From the sequence record OR670491: a stretch of DNA of 64,000 nt; one strand, written 5' to 3'. Origin of the DNA: Escherichia phage vB_EcoM_JNE01. Positions 9,958 through 19,439 of this stretch are shown here, in pieces. The notes beneath the pieces are model-generated. The model did not search any database, was not told the origin of the DNA, and was given only the letters and a program-made list of their open reading frames with translations. The stretch's first letter is position 1, and the number at the start of each line of letters is the position of its first letter. A program made the translations under genes and the position numbers.

Positions 9958-10920
9958 TTGAAAAAGCTAGATCTAAATGCAATTGCTGATGAAGTACTGG
10001 ATGAATGTTTTGCTAGTGAAGAAGTCAACGTATTAGAGGCAATTGATGCCGTTGAAGAAGAACATGATGACCACAAGTTCGAGAAGCCTAACACTGGTAT
10101 CAGTTTGACTCGTCCTAAAGGTGTAACGAATGAAATGCTCATCCAGGAAGTACGTGATGGCATTAACGTTGAAAAGAACATTGATCTTCTGGTACGTTAC
10201 AACTACCCAATGATTGTTAGTACTGCTCGTAAATGTACATGTTTCATCCCATTTGAAGATAAGATTTCATATGGTGTTGAAGGTTTAATGCGAGCGATTC
10301 ATACATTCGATCCTACCAAGAACGTTAAGTTCATTACCTATGCAACAACAACAGTGTATATGACAATCTATAACGAAAGTGCAGACGCTAACTACCTAGT
10401 GCACTTCCCACGTTATATGAGTGTTAACAACATTTATGTGAAACGTTGTGTAGAAGCGTACCAAAAGAAATATGGTAGGTTCCCAACTCCAGAGATGGTC
10501 GCTGAAGAGACTGGTATTGAGATTCAACACGTTAAGAATTGTCTAACCTACACCAATACTTATATGGCATTGGATATGAAATTGAGTACTGATTCAGAAA
10601 GTACCTTGTCTGACATTGTTACTACAGTTGATCCTGATTACAACTTAGGTGCAGAAACTATCAGTATCCCACTGGTACAAAGTATTGCAGATATGATGCA
10701 TAATCTATCTGAAAAAGACCGTGAGTTGATTGAACGTGTACATGGTATTGGTTCAGCACAAGAACCAGAAACGCTACGAGAAATCATTGAGAGCGGTTTT
10801 GAAGATGAGAAGGGTAAAGTCATTACTGCTCGTTCTTCCTTGCACCGTAAGTACTCTGACGCAATGGAACGCCTACGTAAGATGGTGAAGTCCAGAGGTT
10901 ATGAGTTCGAAGATTTTTAA
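9958..10920 (+). CDS. phage-encoded sigma-70 family RNA polymerase sigma factor
   Basis: Region-2-like segment GVEGLMRAIHTFDPTKNVKFITYATTTVYMTI...HFPRYM and a C-terminal region-4-like helix-turn-helix (SEKDRELIERVHGIG...TARSSLHRKYSDAMERLRK); putative TTG start 6 nt after AGGAG, alternative ATG at 10135. Confidence 0.7.
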   Translation: MKKLDLNAIADEVLDECFASEEVNVLEAIDAVEEEHDDHKFEKPNTGISLTRPKGVTNEMLIQEVRDGINVEKNIDLLVRYNYPMIVSTARKCTCFIPFEDKISYGVEGLMRAIHTFDPTKNVKFITYATTTVYMTIYNESADANYLVHFPRYMSVNNIYVKRCVEAYQKKYGRFPTPEMVAEETGIEIQHVKNCLTYTNTYMALDMKLSTDSESTLSDIVTTVDPDYNLGAETISIPLVQSIADMMHNLSEKDRELIERVHGIGSAQEPETLREIIESGFEDEKGKVITARSSLHRKYSDAMERLRKMVKSRGYEFEDF

Positions 10921-10927
10921 GATTAAA

Positions 10928-10956
10928 GGGTTGACTTCGGTCAACCCTTTTTTTAT
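10928..10956 (+). terminator. rho-independent terminator with UUCG loop
   Basis: GGGTTGAC-TTCG-GTCAACCC followed by T7. Confidence 0.7.
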
Positions 10957-11582
10957 GGGACAAATTCGTAAATGGTGATACAATGATCTATGCACAACCA
11001 CAATGACAGTACTTGTACTGATAATCTTCCCTAATTCACTTGAAAACGTAAAGGATAGATGAGCTTTTCATTGTAGCGAACAGCAAAAGAAACCCGTTAG
11101 ATGTGGGCATAGTTTGAACCCCTCACGGCAATGCGGCTGTATAAAGAACCACGTTAGGATGGCTGGTGGTTCCTCGATAGACATATAAGGATAACACCTT
11201 ACGAATTATCTAAGGGAGAGTTATCAGATTTTGTACAATATAGTTGCGTCCAAAATTTGAGTACTCACATTAAGTATTTGATTGCATAGATACTTAATGA
11301 AGATACACTATGTTTAAAAGTGTAGACCGTCATATGAAACTGAAGTAGAGAGAAACAGGATGATCCGCTTTCGTGCTCTTTAAGAGTAATCTTCAATGCA
11401 ATAGCTCTGATACCATCAGCGTCAAATTCCCCTCTGTGTGGGGGGGGAAGAAAAATCCCTTTCTCAAATCCCGTCAATATTATAAAGTCCTTGACAGTTA
11501 TTATACATTCGCGTAAGATACGTAGTATCAGAAGCGAACAGACATCTCGAAGAGATGGATGATTAACATTAAGGAACATCTA

Positions 11583-11792
11583 ATGAATTCAACAATCTTC
11601 TTAGTAGCAGCTCTTTCAATGCAAAGCGGTGTACAAATCACTCCAATGAATTCCATGAATCAATGTATTTCTGTTCGTGATAGTACCTACGAACAGGTCA
11701 ATAAAAATATCTGGATGTCTATTGACAAAGAACAGATGTGGTGTTATAACAGTAATACAAAAGTTAAACTGTTTGTTGGTGAGAAAGAATAA
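11583..11792 (+). CDS. hypothetical small protein
   Basis: ATG 7 nt after AAGGA; internal start of track ORF 11559. Confidence 0.35.
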   Translation: MNSTIFLVAALSMQSGVQITPMNSMNQCISVRDSTYEQVNKNIWMSIDKEQMWCYNSNTKVKLFVGEKE

Positions 11793-11874
11793 TAGTTGAC
11801 ACGTAAGAAGTTCTAGAGTATAATTTCTACATTGAGTACTGAACTAAATCATTAATTAATCAAGAGGGTTTATC

Positions 11875-12060
11875 ATGCAAGTTATCGTTCTTATCGTTGG
11901 TATCGTACTGGGTGTTTATGGTCATTCCTGGATGCAGGAGAAGTTTCCTAATACTCGTCCAGACTTCTGTAGCACTACGGTGAGTTCTGAACTATCTAAA
12001 GATAGCAAAGATAGCATTGGTACTAAACTGGATAAAGTACTGAACGTAATTAACGAGTGA
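11875..12060 (+). CDS. hypothetical small membrane protein
   Basis: 61-aa ORF with hydrophobic N-terminus. Confidence 0.4.
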   Translation: MQVIVLIVGIVLGVYGHSWMQEKFPNTRPDFCSTTVSSELSKDSKDSIGTKLDKVLNVINE

Positions 12061-12071
12061 GGTAAGTTGTA

Positions 12072-12359
12072 ATGTTTATTCCTAATAATTCTAAAATTGG
12101 AACACAAGTACAACTTCTAGAAGATGTAAGTACTTGCAGTGGTACTTTCACTAAAGGTCACATCTTAACTATCACAGGTGAAACCGAGCGTGGTTATGAT
12201 TTGGAAGATGCTGATGGTAATCGTATCTTAGAAGCAGGGTTTAGTCGTTTTGTTGAAGTGGATAGTACTGACCAGAAAGAAACAGAAGGTCATTGTTTTG
12301 ATTACCAAGAAGTCAACTCAAAATGTATCTGTGGTGAAATTTATAGTAAATGGGATTGA
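12072..12359 (+). CDS. hypothetical protein
   Basis: 95-aa ORF. Confidence 0.45.
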   Translation: MFIPNNSKIGTQVQLLEDVSTCSGTFTKGHILTITGETERGYDLEDADGNRILEAGFSRFVEVDSTDQKETEGHCFDYQEVNSKCICGEIYSKWD

Positions 12360-12383
12360 CATAGTATAGAAATACTATATAAT
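12356..12383 (+). promoter_or_regulatory. sigma70-type promoter
   Basis: TTGACA, 16-nt spacer, TATAAT, 74 nt upstream of the 12430 ATG. Confidence 0.55.
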
Positions 12384-12429
12384 GTTTATATCAAATGAAA
12401 TTCACTTTAACCAACGATAGGAAAATATT

Positions 12430-12708
12430 ATGTCTTTAACCAAAGAAGAACGTGACCTTATTGAAAAAGCAATCTGGTTTTATGCAAATGAAAGCCAGTG
12501 CAGTGATGAAGAAGCACGTGAACTGTGCAACCACCTTAGACAGAAACAAGAACTGAAAGTGTATCGTATACGTGCTGTGGATGATGGGGATCGTATTGTT
12601 CTAGCGGAAACAAAAGAAGAAGCAGAACAAATCTTCACTGATAATAACGAAAATCCACATTACATGGAAGAAGTCTGTGAAGTGAAAAAAGGTACTTATA
12701 TCGATTGA
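12430..12708 (+). CDS. hypothetical protein
   Basis: 92-aa ORF downstream of promoter. Confidence 0.45.
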   Translation: MSLTKEERDLIEKAIWFYANESQCSDEEARELCNHLRQKQELKVYRIRAVDDGDRIVLAETKEEAEQIFTDNNENPHYMEEVCEVKKGTYID

Positions 12709-12733
12709 CAGTACTGAATAATAGCAGTATAAT
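12705..12733 (+). promoter_or_regulatory. sigma70-type promoter
   Basis: TTGACA, 17-nt spacer (gtactgaataatagcag), TATAAT; about 90-nt leader containing an inverted repeat. Confidence 0.55.
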
Positions 12734-12826
12734 GTTTATATCAAAGGGAATGCAGTGAAAGGAAAGACAGCATAATCGTACTCGTCACTGCGTTTCCACC
12801 CTTTTAAATTAAATGAGGAATTAATT

Positions 12827-13135
12827 ATGTTTCAAACTAACACTCAAGGTTTTGTAATCATCGATCTGAATAAAAACAGCGGTCATTGGATGAAACCTAC
12901 TGACGCATGTATGCAGTTTGATTTCTTAGGTTATAAAATCAGTGTAAGCACTGGTGGTTCAGTACTGCGTGGTGGTTGTATCGTTGAACATCTCGTCACT
13001 GATCCTGAAGGCCGCGAATACGAAATCGCAGGTTCAGTACAAGATGCTATCATGTTCGTGTGTCAGCGTGAAATGAATGGCAGTAACAGCAACGCACTGA
13101 CAAACGCATTATCACAAGAAGTGGAGGTTCGTTAA
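12827..13135 (+). CDS. hypothetical protein
   Basis: 102-aa ORF. Confidence 0.45.
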   Translation: MFQTNTQGFVIIDLNKNSGHWMKPTDACMQFDFLGYKISVSTGGSVLRGGCIVEHLVTDPEGREYEIAGSVQDAIMFVCQREMNGSNSNALTNALSQEVEVR

Positions 13136-13380
13136 TGAAATATATTGTTTTAGTAGTAATGGCGTTTTTACTGAGTGCTTGTGATGCAAGTACGAAAGAC
13201 CGAACCAGTGAATTCCTTCTCCCTACTGAGTTAAAGGATGCTGGGTGTAAGATTTACCGTATGCGTCAGGAAGGTGATGGTGCAACTTTGTACACAGTTT
13301 ACTGCCCTAATGCTAATACCAGTACATCTTTCCGTACAGGAAAGACAACCGTACATGCATCTGTCATCAATGGTGAATAA
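13135..13380 (+). CDS. putative lipoprotein
   Basis: N-terminus MKYIVLVVMAFLLSAC has a lipobox-like L-S-A-C. Confidence 0.45.
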   Translation: MKYIVLVVMAFLLSACDASTKDRTSEFLLPTELKDAGCKIYRMRQEGDGATLYTVYCPNANTSTSFRTGKTTVHASVINGE

Positions 13381-13381
13381 C

Positions 13382-13747
13382 ATGGGATTGGACACAACTA
13401 AAGCCCAAGAACTACATAAGCGAGCAATGGATGAAGAGTTTTTAGCAAACATTCGCTATAAGATGGAGAAGCTATATCGTAGTGCTGAAATCTTAGAAGA
13501 CAAAAAACCTTCCATGACTACAAAATATTTCAATATCACTAACGACATTTGTTATAGTCCAGGTGAAATTTGGATTGAGTGGGAGTCTTGGACAGGGGAT
13601 ATTCTTCGTGTGCAAGGTTATTGTGTTCAATACGCTTTCGACGGTAATTCTAAATCACTGAAGGTACTATGTACTAATACGAATGATGTAGTGGATGTCA
13701 ACTTACATTGTATTAAATGGGTTGACTTTGGAGATGTAGATGAATAA
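13382..13747 (+). CDS. hypothetical protein
   Basis: Internal ATG (frame +144) of track ORF 13238; start uncertain. Confidence 0.35.
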   Translation: MGLDTTKAQELHKRAMDEEFLANIRYKMEKLYRSAEILEDKKPSMTTKYFNITNDICYSPGEIWIEWESWTGDILRVQGYCVQYAFDGNSKSLKVLCTNTNDVVDVNLHCIKWVDFGDVDE

Positions 13748-14000
13748 AATTAAATTCATTGTACTTATGGTTCTCATGTGTGTTTCACTCACTGGGTGTG
13801 ATGAAGACCTTTCAGCTAAAACATTAGCTCGCTGGAACTGTAAGATGACTGGTGAGAAGTTCAAAACAGTCGAAAGTGTTTGTGTTGGTGAAGGTAGAAG
13901 CCGCTGCGACAAAATGGTTGACCATGAAGTGGAATTGTTTGTATATGATTGTCCAACAAAGGGTCGAGTACTGAGTAAAAGTGAGTTAATTTATAATTGA
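13740..14000 (+). CDS. putative lipoprotein
   Basis: N-terminus MNKIKFIVLMVLMCVSLTGC has a lipobox-like L-T-G-C. Confidence 0.45.
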   Translation: MNKIKFIVLMVLMCVSLTGCDEDLSAKTLARWNCKMTGEKFKTVESVCVGEGRSRCDKMVDHEVELFVYDCPTKGRVLSKSELIYN

Positions 14001-14032
14001 CAGTACACCACAAAAGGGATACAATGTATCCC
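13997..14032 (+). promoter_or_regulatory. sigma70-type promoter with palindrome over the -10
   Basis: TTGACA, 17-nt spacer, TACAAT (14020-14025); inverted repeat GGGATAC (14016-14022) / GTATCCC (14026-14032). Confidence 0.5.
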
Positions 14033-14056
14033 TACTTTAATCGAAGAGGCTAACAA

Positions 14057-14266
14057 ATGACTACTAATGAAATGCTGAAAGCAATCTGGGATAAAGGTTA
14101 TGAACTGAAAGTAACCAGTACTGAGATTCGCGTATTCAAGACTGAGTACTGTGAATATCTGGATTTAGATACTTATAACAGTATTGTCGTTGAGCAACAC
14201 AAAGGCAATGTTACTGAAAGTATTGATTCAGTACTTAAACGTTCTTTAGCTATCGTTGGTGCTTAA
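14057..14266 (+). CDS. hypothetical protein
   Basis: 69-aa ORF, AGAGG upstream. Confidence 0.45.
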   Translation: MTTNEMLKAIWDKGYELKVTSTEIRVFKTEYCEYLDLDTYNSIVVEQHKGNVTESIDSVLKRSLAIVGA

Positions 14267-14373
14267 AATGAATTCAGATTTACAGAAGATGATTGGATTT
14301 GGTATTTCTGTGTTTTTTGTTATGATTTCTTTTGCAATTTTCATCCCTAAACTATTTCATTAAGAGGTGTATT

Positions 14374-14568
14374 ATGATTTCTTTATATGTTGCTGTTATG
14401 CTCACTCATGGACAAATCGACCGCACCGTAGGTAAAGGTGTTTACACTACAGCAGATGAATGTTACACTGCTACTGCTTGGCCTCAAGATGAAGGTTCAA
14501 GTAATGAATTCAAATGTCTCAAAGTTAAAGGTGACTTTGTTAATCTTAAGGTTGTTGAGGCCAAATAA
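14374..14568 (+). CDS. hypothetical small protein
   Basis: Internal ATG (frame +42) of track ORF 14332, AGAGG upstream. Confidence 0.35.
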   Translation: MISLYVAVMLTHGQIDRTVGKGVYTTADECYTATAWPQDEGSSNEFKCLKVKGDFVNLKVVEAK

Positions 14569-15068
14569 TGGATATAAACGATTTACTATCGATAGTTTCA
14601 AGACCATGTAAACACTCTTTTGATAGTCATTCCTTTAATTACACAGACAAGATTCAAGTAGTCACCGAGGAATGTTATGGAGTAACAACTATACAGATTT
14701 TGGATAACTATAGTAATAGTTTATGTTATATATACTTGACAAACCGCAGTGATGAACTTAAAAAAACCGAAATTGTATTATTTGGCAAACAGTGTTCAGA
14801 CACGCGTGATATTGAGATACTTTATTATCCTGGAAAATCTACACGCGAAATTGTTTATGACATGTACGCACTAGATGATAACTTTGTTATTGATTACAGT
14901 ACTGAAGAAAAGGTTTTTCAACAAAGTTTAGTACACAACTTTGTGTTGGGTGATCCTGGTATTCCAAAGATTTTTAAAATTCTCGATTCAATTACAGTGG
15001 ATTTTGAATTTCATATGTGCATACGTTCTGAATACTTGGATGATTTTGTGGAGATTTTCGGTTTATGA
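14568..15068 (+). CDS. hypothetical protein
   Basis: 166-aa ORF. Confidence 0.45.
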   Translation: MDINDLLSIVSRPCKHSFDSHSFNYTDKIQVVTEECYGVTTIQILDNYSNSLCYIYLTNRSDELKKTEIVLFGKQCSDTRDIEILYYPGKSTREIVYDMYALDDNFVIDYSTEEKVFQQSLVHNFVLGDPGIPKIFKILDSITVDFEFHMCIRSEYLDDFVEIFGL

Positions 15069-15286
15069 AACGATTTTACATCAACTATCTGTGTGTATCC
15101 GAATTCAATAACGTAAGAGGTCACACAATCGAAAAGCAATCTATGGATGTATATGTTCGTGCTGAAAGTCCTACACATGCATTGTTTAAACTTATCAGTG
15201 AAGTCACCAAGTACAATACTCCCAAAACCCAACGCTACATTGGTGCTTTGTATGATATCAATGAAGTTCCAGGGTGTGATATATAA
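15065..15286 (+). CDS. hypothetical protein
   Basis: 73-aa ORF, ATGA overlap. Confidence 0.4.
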   Translation: MKRFYINYLCVSEFNNVRGHTIEKQSMDVYVRAESPTHALFKLISEVTKYNTPKTQRYIGALYDINEVPGCDI

Positions 15287-15293
15287 AAAGTAC

Positions 15294-15322
15294 TTGACTT
15301 GGATTAGAAATCTATATATAAT
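15294..15322 (+). promoter_or_regulatory. sigma70-type promoter
   Basis: TTGACT, 17-nt spacer, TATAAT. Confidence 0.55.
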
Positions 15323-15354
15323 ATATACATATTAATCGAAATGGAAAATAAATC

Positions 15355-16029
15355 ATGTTGGCTAATCTTCAGTACTTTGTAACTTCTCCGTGGGATGAAC
15401 GTGGTGTTGAACTGAACCACAAAGAAACAAGTTTTGATGACATTGGTGTAGGTACATACATCTCTGCAAATTACGACCGTAACCATCCATTTTGGGAAAA
15501 GTTTAAAGATAATGAAAGTAATCGTGTTATGTCATTATTTCAACTTAAACAACCAGGGATTGTAGCTGGTTATAATGAAGAAGACATGATCAATGTATTC
15601 ACTAACTATAAGGTAGTTGAAGAATTCCCGTGGATTAATAAACACAACGGCAATGCTTATAGTTCAGATGATTATCGTGAAATGGTCACAAATGATGATG
15701 CAATTACGTTACCAAGTGGACGTCCAGTTCCATCATCAACAAATTGTATGTCTTCTTATGGTACGGCTGATAATCTTCAGCAAATCCTGAAGAAGTATAA
15801 GCGTGTTCTGGATTCAGAAGACGAGTTAGTACTGTGTATTCATCCTGTGTACAAATCCGAACAACCAGAAAGTGGTGGCTGGCGTTGGCATAAGAATGGT
15901 ACATATATTGGTAACAAAAGAAGTAAACGTGGATATGAATACCTGGCTGATGAACCTGATATTGAAGTAGTAATCGGCTTTAAATTTCTTAAAGTACAGA
16001 GGAAAGACAATGCTTTATCTAATTCTTAG
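15355..16029 (+). CDS. hypothetical protein
   Basis: 224-aa ORF downstream of promoter. Confidence 0.5.
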   Translation: MLANLQYFVTSPWDERGVELNHKETSFDDIGVGTYISANYDRNHPFWEKFKDNESNRVMSLFQLKQPGIVAGYNEEDMINVFTNYKVVEEFPWINKHNGNAYSSDDYREMVTNDDAITLPSGRPVPSSTNCMSSYGTADNLQQILKKYKRVLDSEDELVLCIHPVYKSEQPESGGWRWHKNGTYIGNKRSKRGYEYLADEPDIEVVIGFKFLKVQRKDNALSNS

Positions 16030-16252
16030 TTTTGTGGTTGCAATCGTTTTTATGTTTTACCCAACCTTCGTAGCACTGGTTGTACAGAAAAGCTACCGTA
16101 CTATTGGCATCATCATGGTACTGAATATTGCACTTGCTCTAGTGTCTATGCTTGTAGTAGTATCATCGCTGGCGTGGGTTGATATCATTACATTTTGGTT
16201 ATTTGTGTTTTCTTATTTGATGATTGTTGAAGTCAAACCTATTGACTTATAA
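16010..16252 (+). CDS. hypothetical membrane protein
   Basis: 80-aa ORF with two hydrophobic segments. Confidence 0.4.
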   Translation: MLYLILSFVVAIVFMFYPTFVALVVQKSYRTIGIIMVLNIALALVSMLVVVSSLAWVDIITFWLFVFSYLMIVEVKPIDL

Positions 16253-16300
16253 GTTACTTCTGATATAATAACTTTACATTAACTGATATGAGGTATTAAA

Positions 16301-16633
16301 ATGTTAGCACTTATTTCTTCTATTCCGGCTATGGTACTCGTTTGGATTATTGTTTTTTATATGTTTTCATCTGCTAAAACGAAAGAAAAGATGGAAGACT
16401 TGTTCTTGTTGGATACAACTGTAGTTGAAGTATTCTTCTGGGTAGTAGTCATCGGAACTGTTGTAATGATTCTGAACTTTGTATTACCACTTGGAATCGC
16501 TCACAACATTCTGTCCCTTGTTGAATATTTTATTGCAATCATTTGGTTCATGCAATGTCTGTTTGCTGGTAAGGTTGGAATCTGGTTTACGTTGGTGAAA
16601 GAAAAGATTAGTACGCTTACTAAAACTAAGTAA
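16301..16633 (+). CDS. hypothetical membrane protein
   Basis: 110-aa ORF with hydrophobic segments. Confidence 0.4.
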   Translation: MLALISSIPAMVLVWIIVFYMFSSAKTKEKMEDLFLLDTTVVEVFFWVVVIGTVVMILNFVLPLGIAHNILSLVEYFIAIIWFMQCLFAGKVGIWFTLVKEKISTLTKTK

Positions 16634-16705
16634 TATTCTCAAAAATGTTAAATACTTCTGTACAAAGTAATGTTCAGAAGTATTTTTACTTTTATTGAGG
16701 GTATC

Positions 16706-17068
16706 ATGAAATATGTAATAATAACTATAACTTTTTTAATTGGATTGATTTCTAGTTCAGCCAATGCAGTAGTTGGTGAAGAACTAGATTGTATGGGGAA
16801 TGATGGGATATGGCATGTACTTACAAATGACCCACAAAATGGAACTAATATTGTAGTTGACGGTGATGTTTATAGGTTCAGAAACGAAAGTACAATAGGT
16901 AACAAAAAAGTCTCGACATATAAAAATGATGCTGATATAATAGCTAACGTAATCTTGATTGTAGATCCAAAGACAAGGGATGGAGATATCTATATTGTAA
17001 TATATAGAGATTCTTCGAATAAACGCGATGAGGATATAGATAAGCTTAATCTACATTGCGAATTTTAA
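16706..17068 (+). CDS. hypothetical secreted protein
   Basis: Internal ATG (frame +36) of track ORF 16670; signal-peptide-like MKYVIITITFLIGLISSSANA. Confidence 0.45.
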   Translation: MKYVIITITFLIGLISSSANAVVGEELDCMGNDGIWHVLTNDPQNGTNIVVDGDVYRFRNESTIGNKKVSTYKNDADIIANVILIVDPKTRDGDIYIVIYRDSSNKRDEDIDKLNLHCEF

Positions 17069-17079
17069 ACGAGGTTCTT

Positions 17080-17448
17080 ATGTTAAACACGGTTCTTCAG
17101 TACATCTTAAGCATTCCATTTATTCTTAGCAGTCTTGTATCTGTAGCATCAATACTTTTTAGTATCTTTTCAGTAATGTACTGTGTATATACTAAAAAAT
17201 ATACATTCATCAATAAGGTAAACTCCTTATTTGAAACTGATAGTGTACCGTATTGTGTGTGGTCTTTTAGTGCAGCGGGAATTTTTGCAACATTCCTTCT
17301 TTACTGCCTGGATATTATTGACAGAAGTTATGTTCTAATTAGCATTGGGGTAGGATTATATTCATCGTGTTGGTACTTGATTTATGTTGTAGACTCGTGG
17401 TATACTGCATATCAGCAGTACACGATTAATAAACAATATTCCAAGTGA
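17080..17448 (+). CDS. hypothetical membrane protein
   Basis: Internal ATG (frame +24) of track ORF 17056; hydrophobic segments. Confidence 0.4.
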   Translation: MLNTVLQYILSIPFILSSLVSVASILFSIFSVMYCVYTKKYTFINKVNSLFETDSVPYCVWSFSAAGIFATFLLYCLDIIDRSYVLISIGVGLYSSCWYLIYVVDSWYTAYQQYTINKQYSK

Positions 17449-17458
17449 GGATATGACC

Positions 17459-17812
17459 ATGAAAGTATTTTTATTCTTTATCTGTATGATTTTTTGTGCT
17501 GTACAAGCTCATGCGGAACCACTGGCAAAGATGTTTTGTTCAGAGGGTGAAGTACAGCACATCTATCAAGGTGATTCTGATGACCACGATATCATTTACA
17601 TTGATGGATCGATTTATAACTTTGTAAAAGAACATACAGTTGGTGATGTAAGTTTTACCGAGTACGCATCGAATGTAGATAAGAATGAGTTAGCGTTTAT
17701 CCAGGTTAACTTAGAAGAAGATGCTGATGAAGTACAAGATGTTAAATTGGTTCTAATGCGTAAAGGTGCAGGTACTACAGAGTTTGGTGGCTCCTGTGTG
17801 TTTGATGCATAG
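17459..17812 (+). CDS. hypothetical secreted protein
   Basis: Signal-peptide-like MKVFLFFICMIFCAVQAHA. Confidence 0.45.
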   Translation: MKVFLFFICMIFCAVQAHAEPLAKMFCSEGEVQHIYQGDSDDHDIIYIDGSIYNFVKEHTVGDVSFTEYASNVDKNELAFIQVNLEEDADEVQDVKLVLMRKGAGTTEFGGSCVFDA

Positions 17813-17826
17813 TCGGGAGATAAAAT

Positions 17827-18018
17827 ATGTTGATTTATCAAGGTGATGGTATTCGTGTATTGCAGCATCCATTCCTTCAAGTCTTCGATGTACAGAAGTT
17901 TCAAGAAGGTGATGATCCAAGAACATATGGACGTAAACATGATTACTTCACAGTAAAGCAATGTACAAGTATTGAAGAAGTTCGTTCATTAGTGAAAGAA
18001 CTAGAAAATAATGGTTGA
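17827..18018 (+). CDS. hypothetical small protein
   Basis: 63-aa ORF; its stop lies inside the terminator hairpin. Confidence 0.35.
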   Translation: MLIYQGDGIRVLQHPFLQVFDVQKFQEGDDPRTYGRKHDYFTVKQCTSIEEVRSLVKELENNG

Positions 18019-18043
18019 CTTCGGTCAACCTTTTTTGTATACT
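18013..18043 (+). terminator. composite terminator-promoter element
   Basis: GGTTGAC-TTCG-GTCAACC-T6; the -35 TTGACT (18015-18020) sits in the hairpin, 17-nt spacer, TATACT (18038-18043). Confidence 0.6.
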
Positions 18044-18073
18044 TAATTCATATTAATTGATGAGGGTATTGCG

Positions 18074-18520
18074 ATGCTGGTATATCGTTTTGAATTAGGC
18101 TTTAGTTATGTAGAAGAAAACTTATATCCAGTGAGATCAATTGGACCGTTCGCACGTTACTATTCACAATACAGTACTGACAACGGGTTTGACCGTTTGC
18201 GTTTAGGAACACCACACGAATTGCAACCTGAACCAGAAAAGGATGGCATTCATTGCATCAAGCACGGTTGGGCTTTTGGCTGTGCATCAATTAAAGACCT
18301 TATTCGTTTCTTCGCTAATGACTTAGGTCGTTTGCATCGTTCCGGCTTTCAGGTTTTTGTATATGAAGTTCCTGATAATCATGTTGATGTTGGTGGTCAC
18401 CAGGTTCAGTACTACGTAGGTAGTGCTAATTTAGTACGCATCATGGGTGTACGTGAAATGAAGCAAGAATACCGCCAGATGAAAGAGGTTGAAGATGCAA
18501 AAAACGCTGTACACGTTTAA
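18074..18520 (+). CDS. hypothetical protein
   Basis: 148-aa ORF. Confidence 0.45.
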   Translation: MLVYRFELGFSYVEENLYPVRSIGPFARYYSQYSTDNGFDRLRLGTPHELQPEPEKDGIHCIKHGWAFGCASIKDLIRFFANDLGRLHRSGFQVFVYEVPDNHVDVGGHQVQYYVGSANLVRIMGVREMKQEYRQMKEVEDAKNAVHV

Positions 18521-18854
18521 GAAGTGGTACACATTCACTTTACCTGGTGACAAATACTTTGACCAACAGGATGATGAATATTACAAAAAAGAAACTCTCA
18601 AATTACTGAAGATGGCTAAACAAGCCCTTTCTGTATACAACAGTTCTTTAAACGTAGCCTATGAGCATTACCGAATCACGGCAAAGATTGATGAAGAAGA
18701 TGGTGAACTTTCATTCTTTGAATACGATATTGTATACTTTGGTTACACCGATGATGAAGACCCAATCAACGTTGATAAGATACGACTTGACCTCACCGCT
18801 ATATCTGTTATACTTAAACAACTGGCTGAGATGTGTGGCTTAATTGAAACATAA
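18495..18854 (+). CDS. hypothetical protein
   Basis: ATG 6 nt after AGAGG; internal start of track ORF 18489. Confidence 0.45.
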   Translation: MQKTLYTFKKWYTFTLPGDKYFDQQDDEYYKKETLKLLKMAKQALSVYNSSLNVAYEHYRITAKIDEEDGELSFFEYDIVYFGYTDDEDPINVDKIRLDLTAISVILKQLAEMCGLIET

Positions 18855-18866
18855 TAGAGGAACACT

Positions 18867-19133
18867 ATGAAACTTAAAATTGAATACAGTGGTTTCTGTA
18901 TGCGTAAAAATACTGAATTTGTAAACCGCACTAAAGGTTCAGAACTCTTTTTTAAAGAGATGCAAATTCCTTATGTAATTGAGACAGTTGGAGATCGTGA
19001 AGTACTGTCCTATGAAGAATACACTAAAGTAGATGTACCGTGGTATTCTGAGCACATGTATATGGACATGGCAGAACGTTACAATTGCGAATTTATTATT
19101 AAACCAAAAACTATCACAATCAAATTTAACTAA
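18867..19133 (+). CDS. hypothetical protein
   Basis: 88-aa ORF. Confidence 0.4.
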   Translation: MKLKIEYSGFCMRKNTEFVNRTKGSELFFKEMQIPYVIETVGDREVLSYEEYTKVDVPWYSEHMYMDMAERYNCEFIIKPKTITIKFN

Positions 19134-19144
19134 GGTAAAATAAA

Positions 19145-19438
19145 ATGATCAGTGCTTCAGTGAATGCCAATATTGTTTCAGATGTAAATTTAATTAAAGA
19201 ATGCACAGATAATGATACTCGTGATCTTTATATTAACAACGTCATTGAGCAATATGGAAACATGGGTGTTATGGAGTTCGTCCGCTTAAACGGTGAACTA
19301 ATCAAGAATAAGATTCGTCTTAAACTTGCGGTTCATCCAAAGGCGTGGGCATTCACAATGAAGTACGCAGAAGATATGTTAGAGCTACGCCGCAGTACTG
19401 TTTACGAACGTTTACATAATGGCACATTAGAGGGTTAA
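19145..19438 (+). CDS. hypothetical protein
   Basis: 97-aa ORF. Confidence 0.4.
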   Translation: MISASVNANIVSDVNLIKECTDNDTRDLYINNVIEQYGNMGVMEFVRLNGELIKNKIRLKLAVHPKAWAFTMKYAEDMLELRRSTVYERLHNGTLEG

Positions 19439-19439
19439 T

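Noticed and set aside
11265-11579. Minus-strand 104-aa ORF in the non-coding stretch after the sigma gene
   Set aside because: No RBS, opposite to all neighbours, and its poly-Pro is just the C8/G8 homopolymer.
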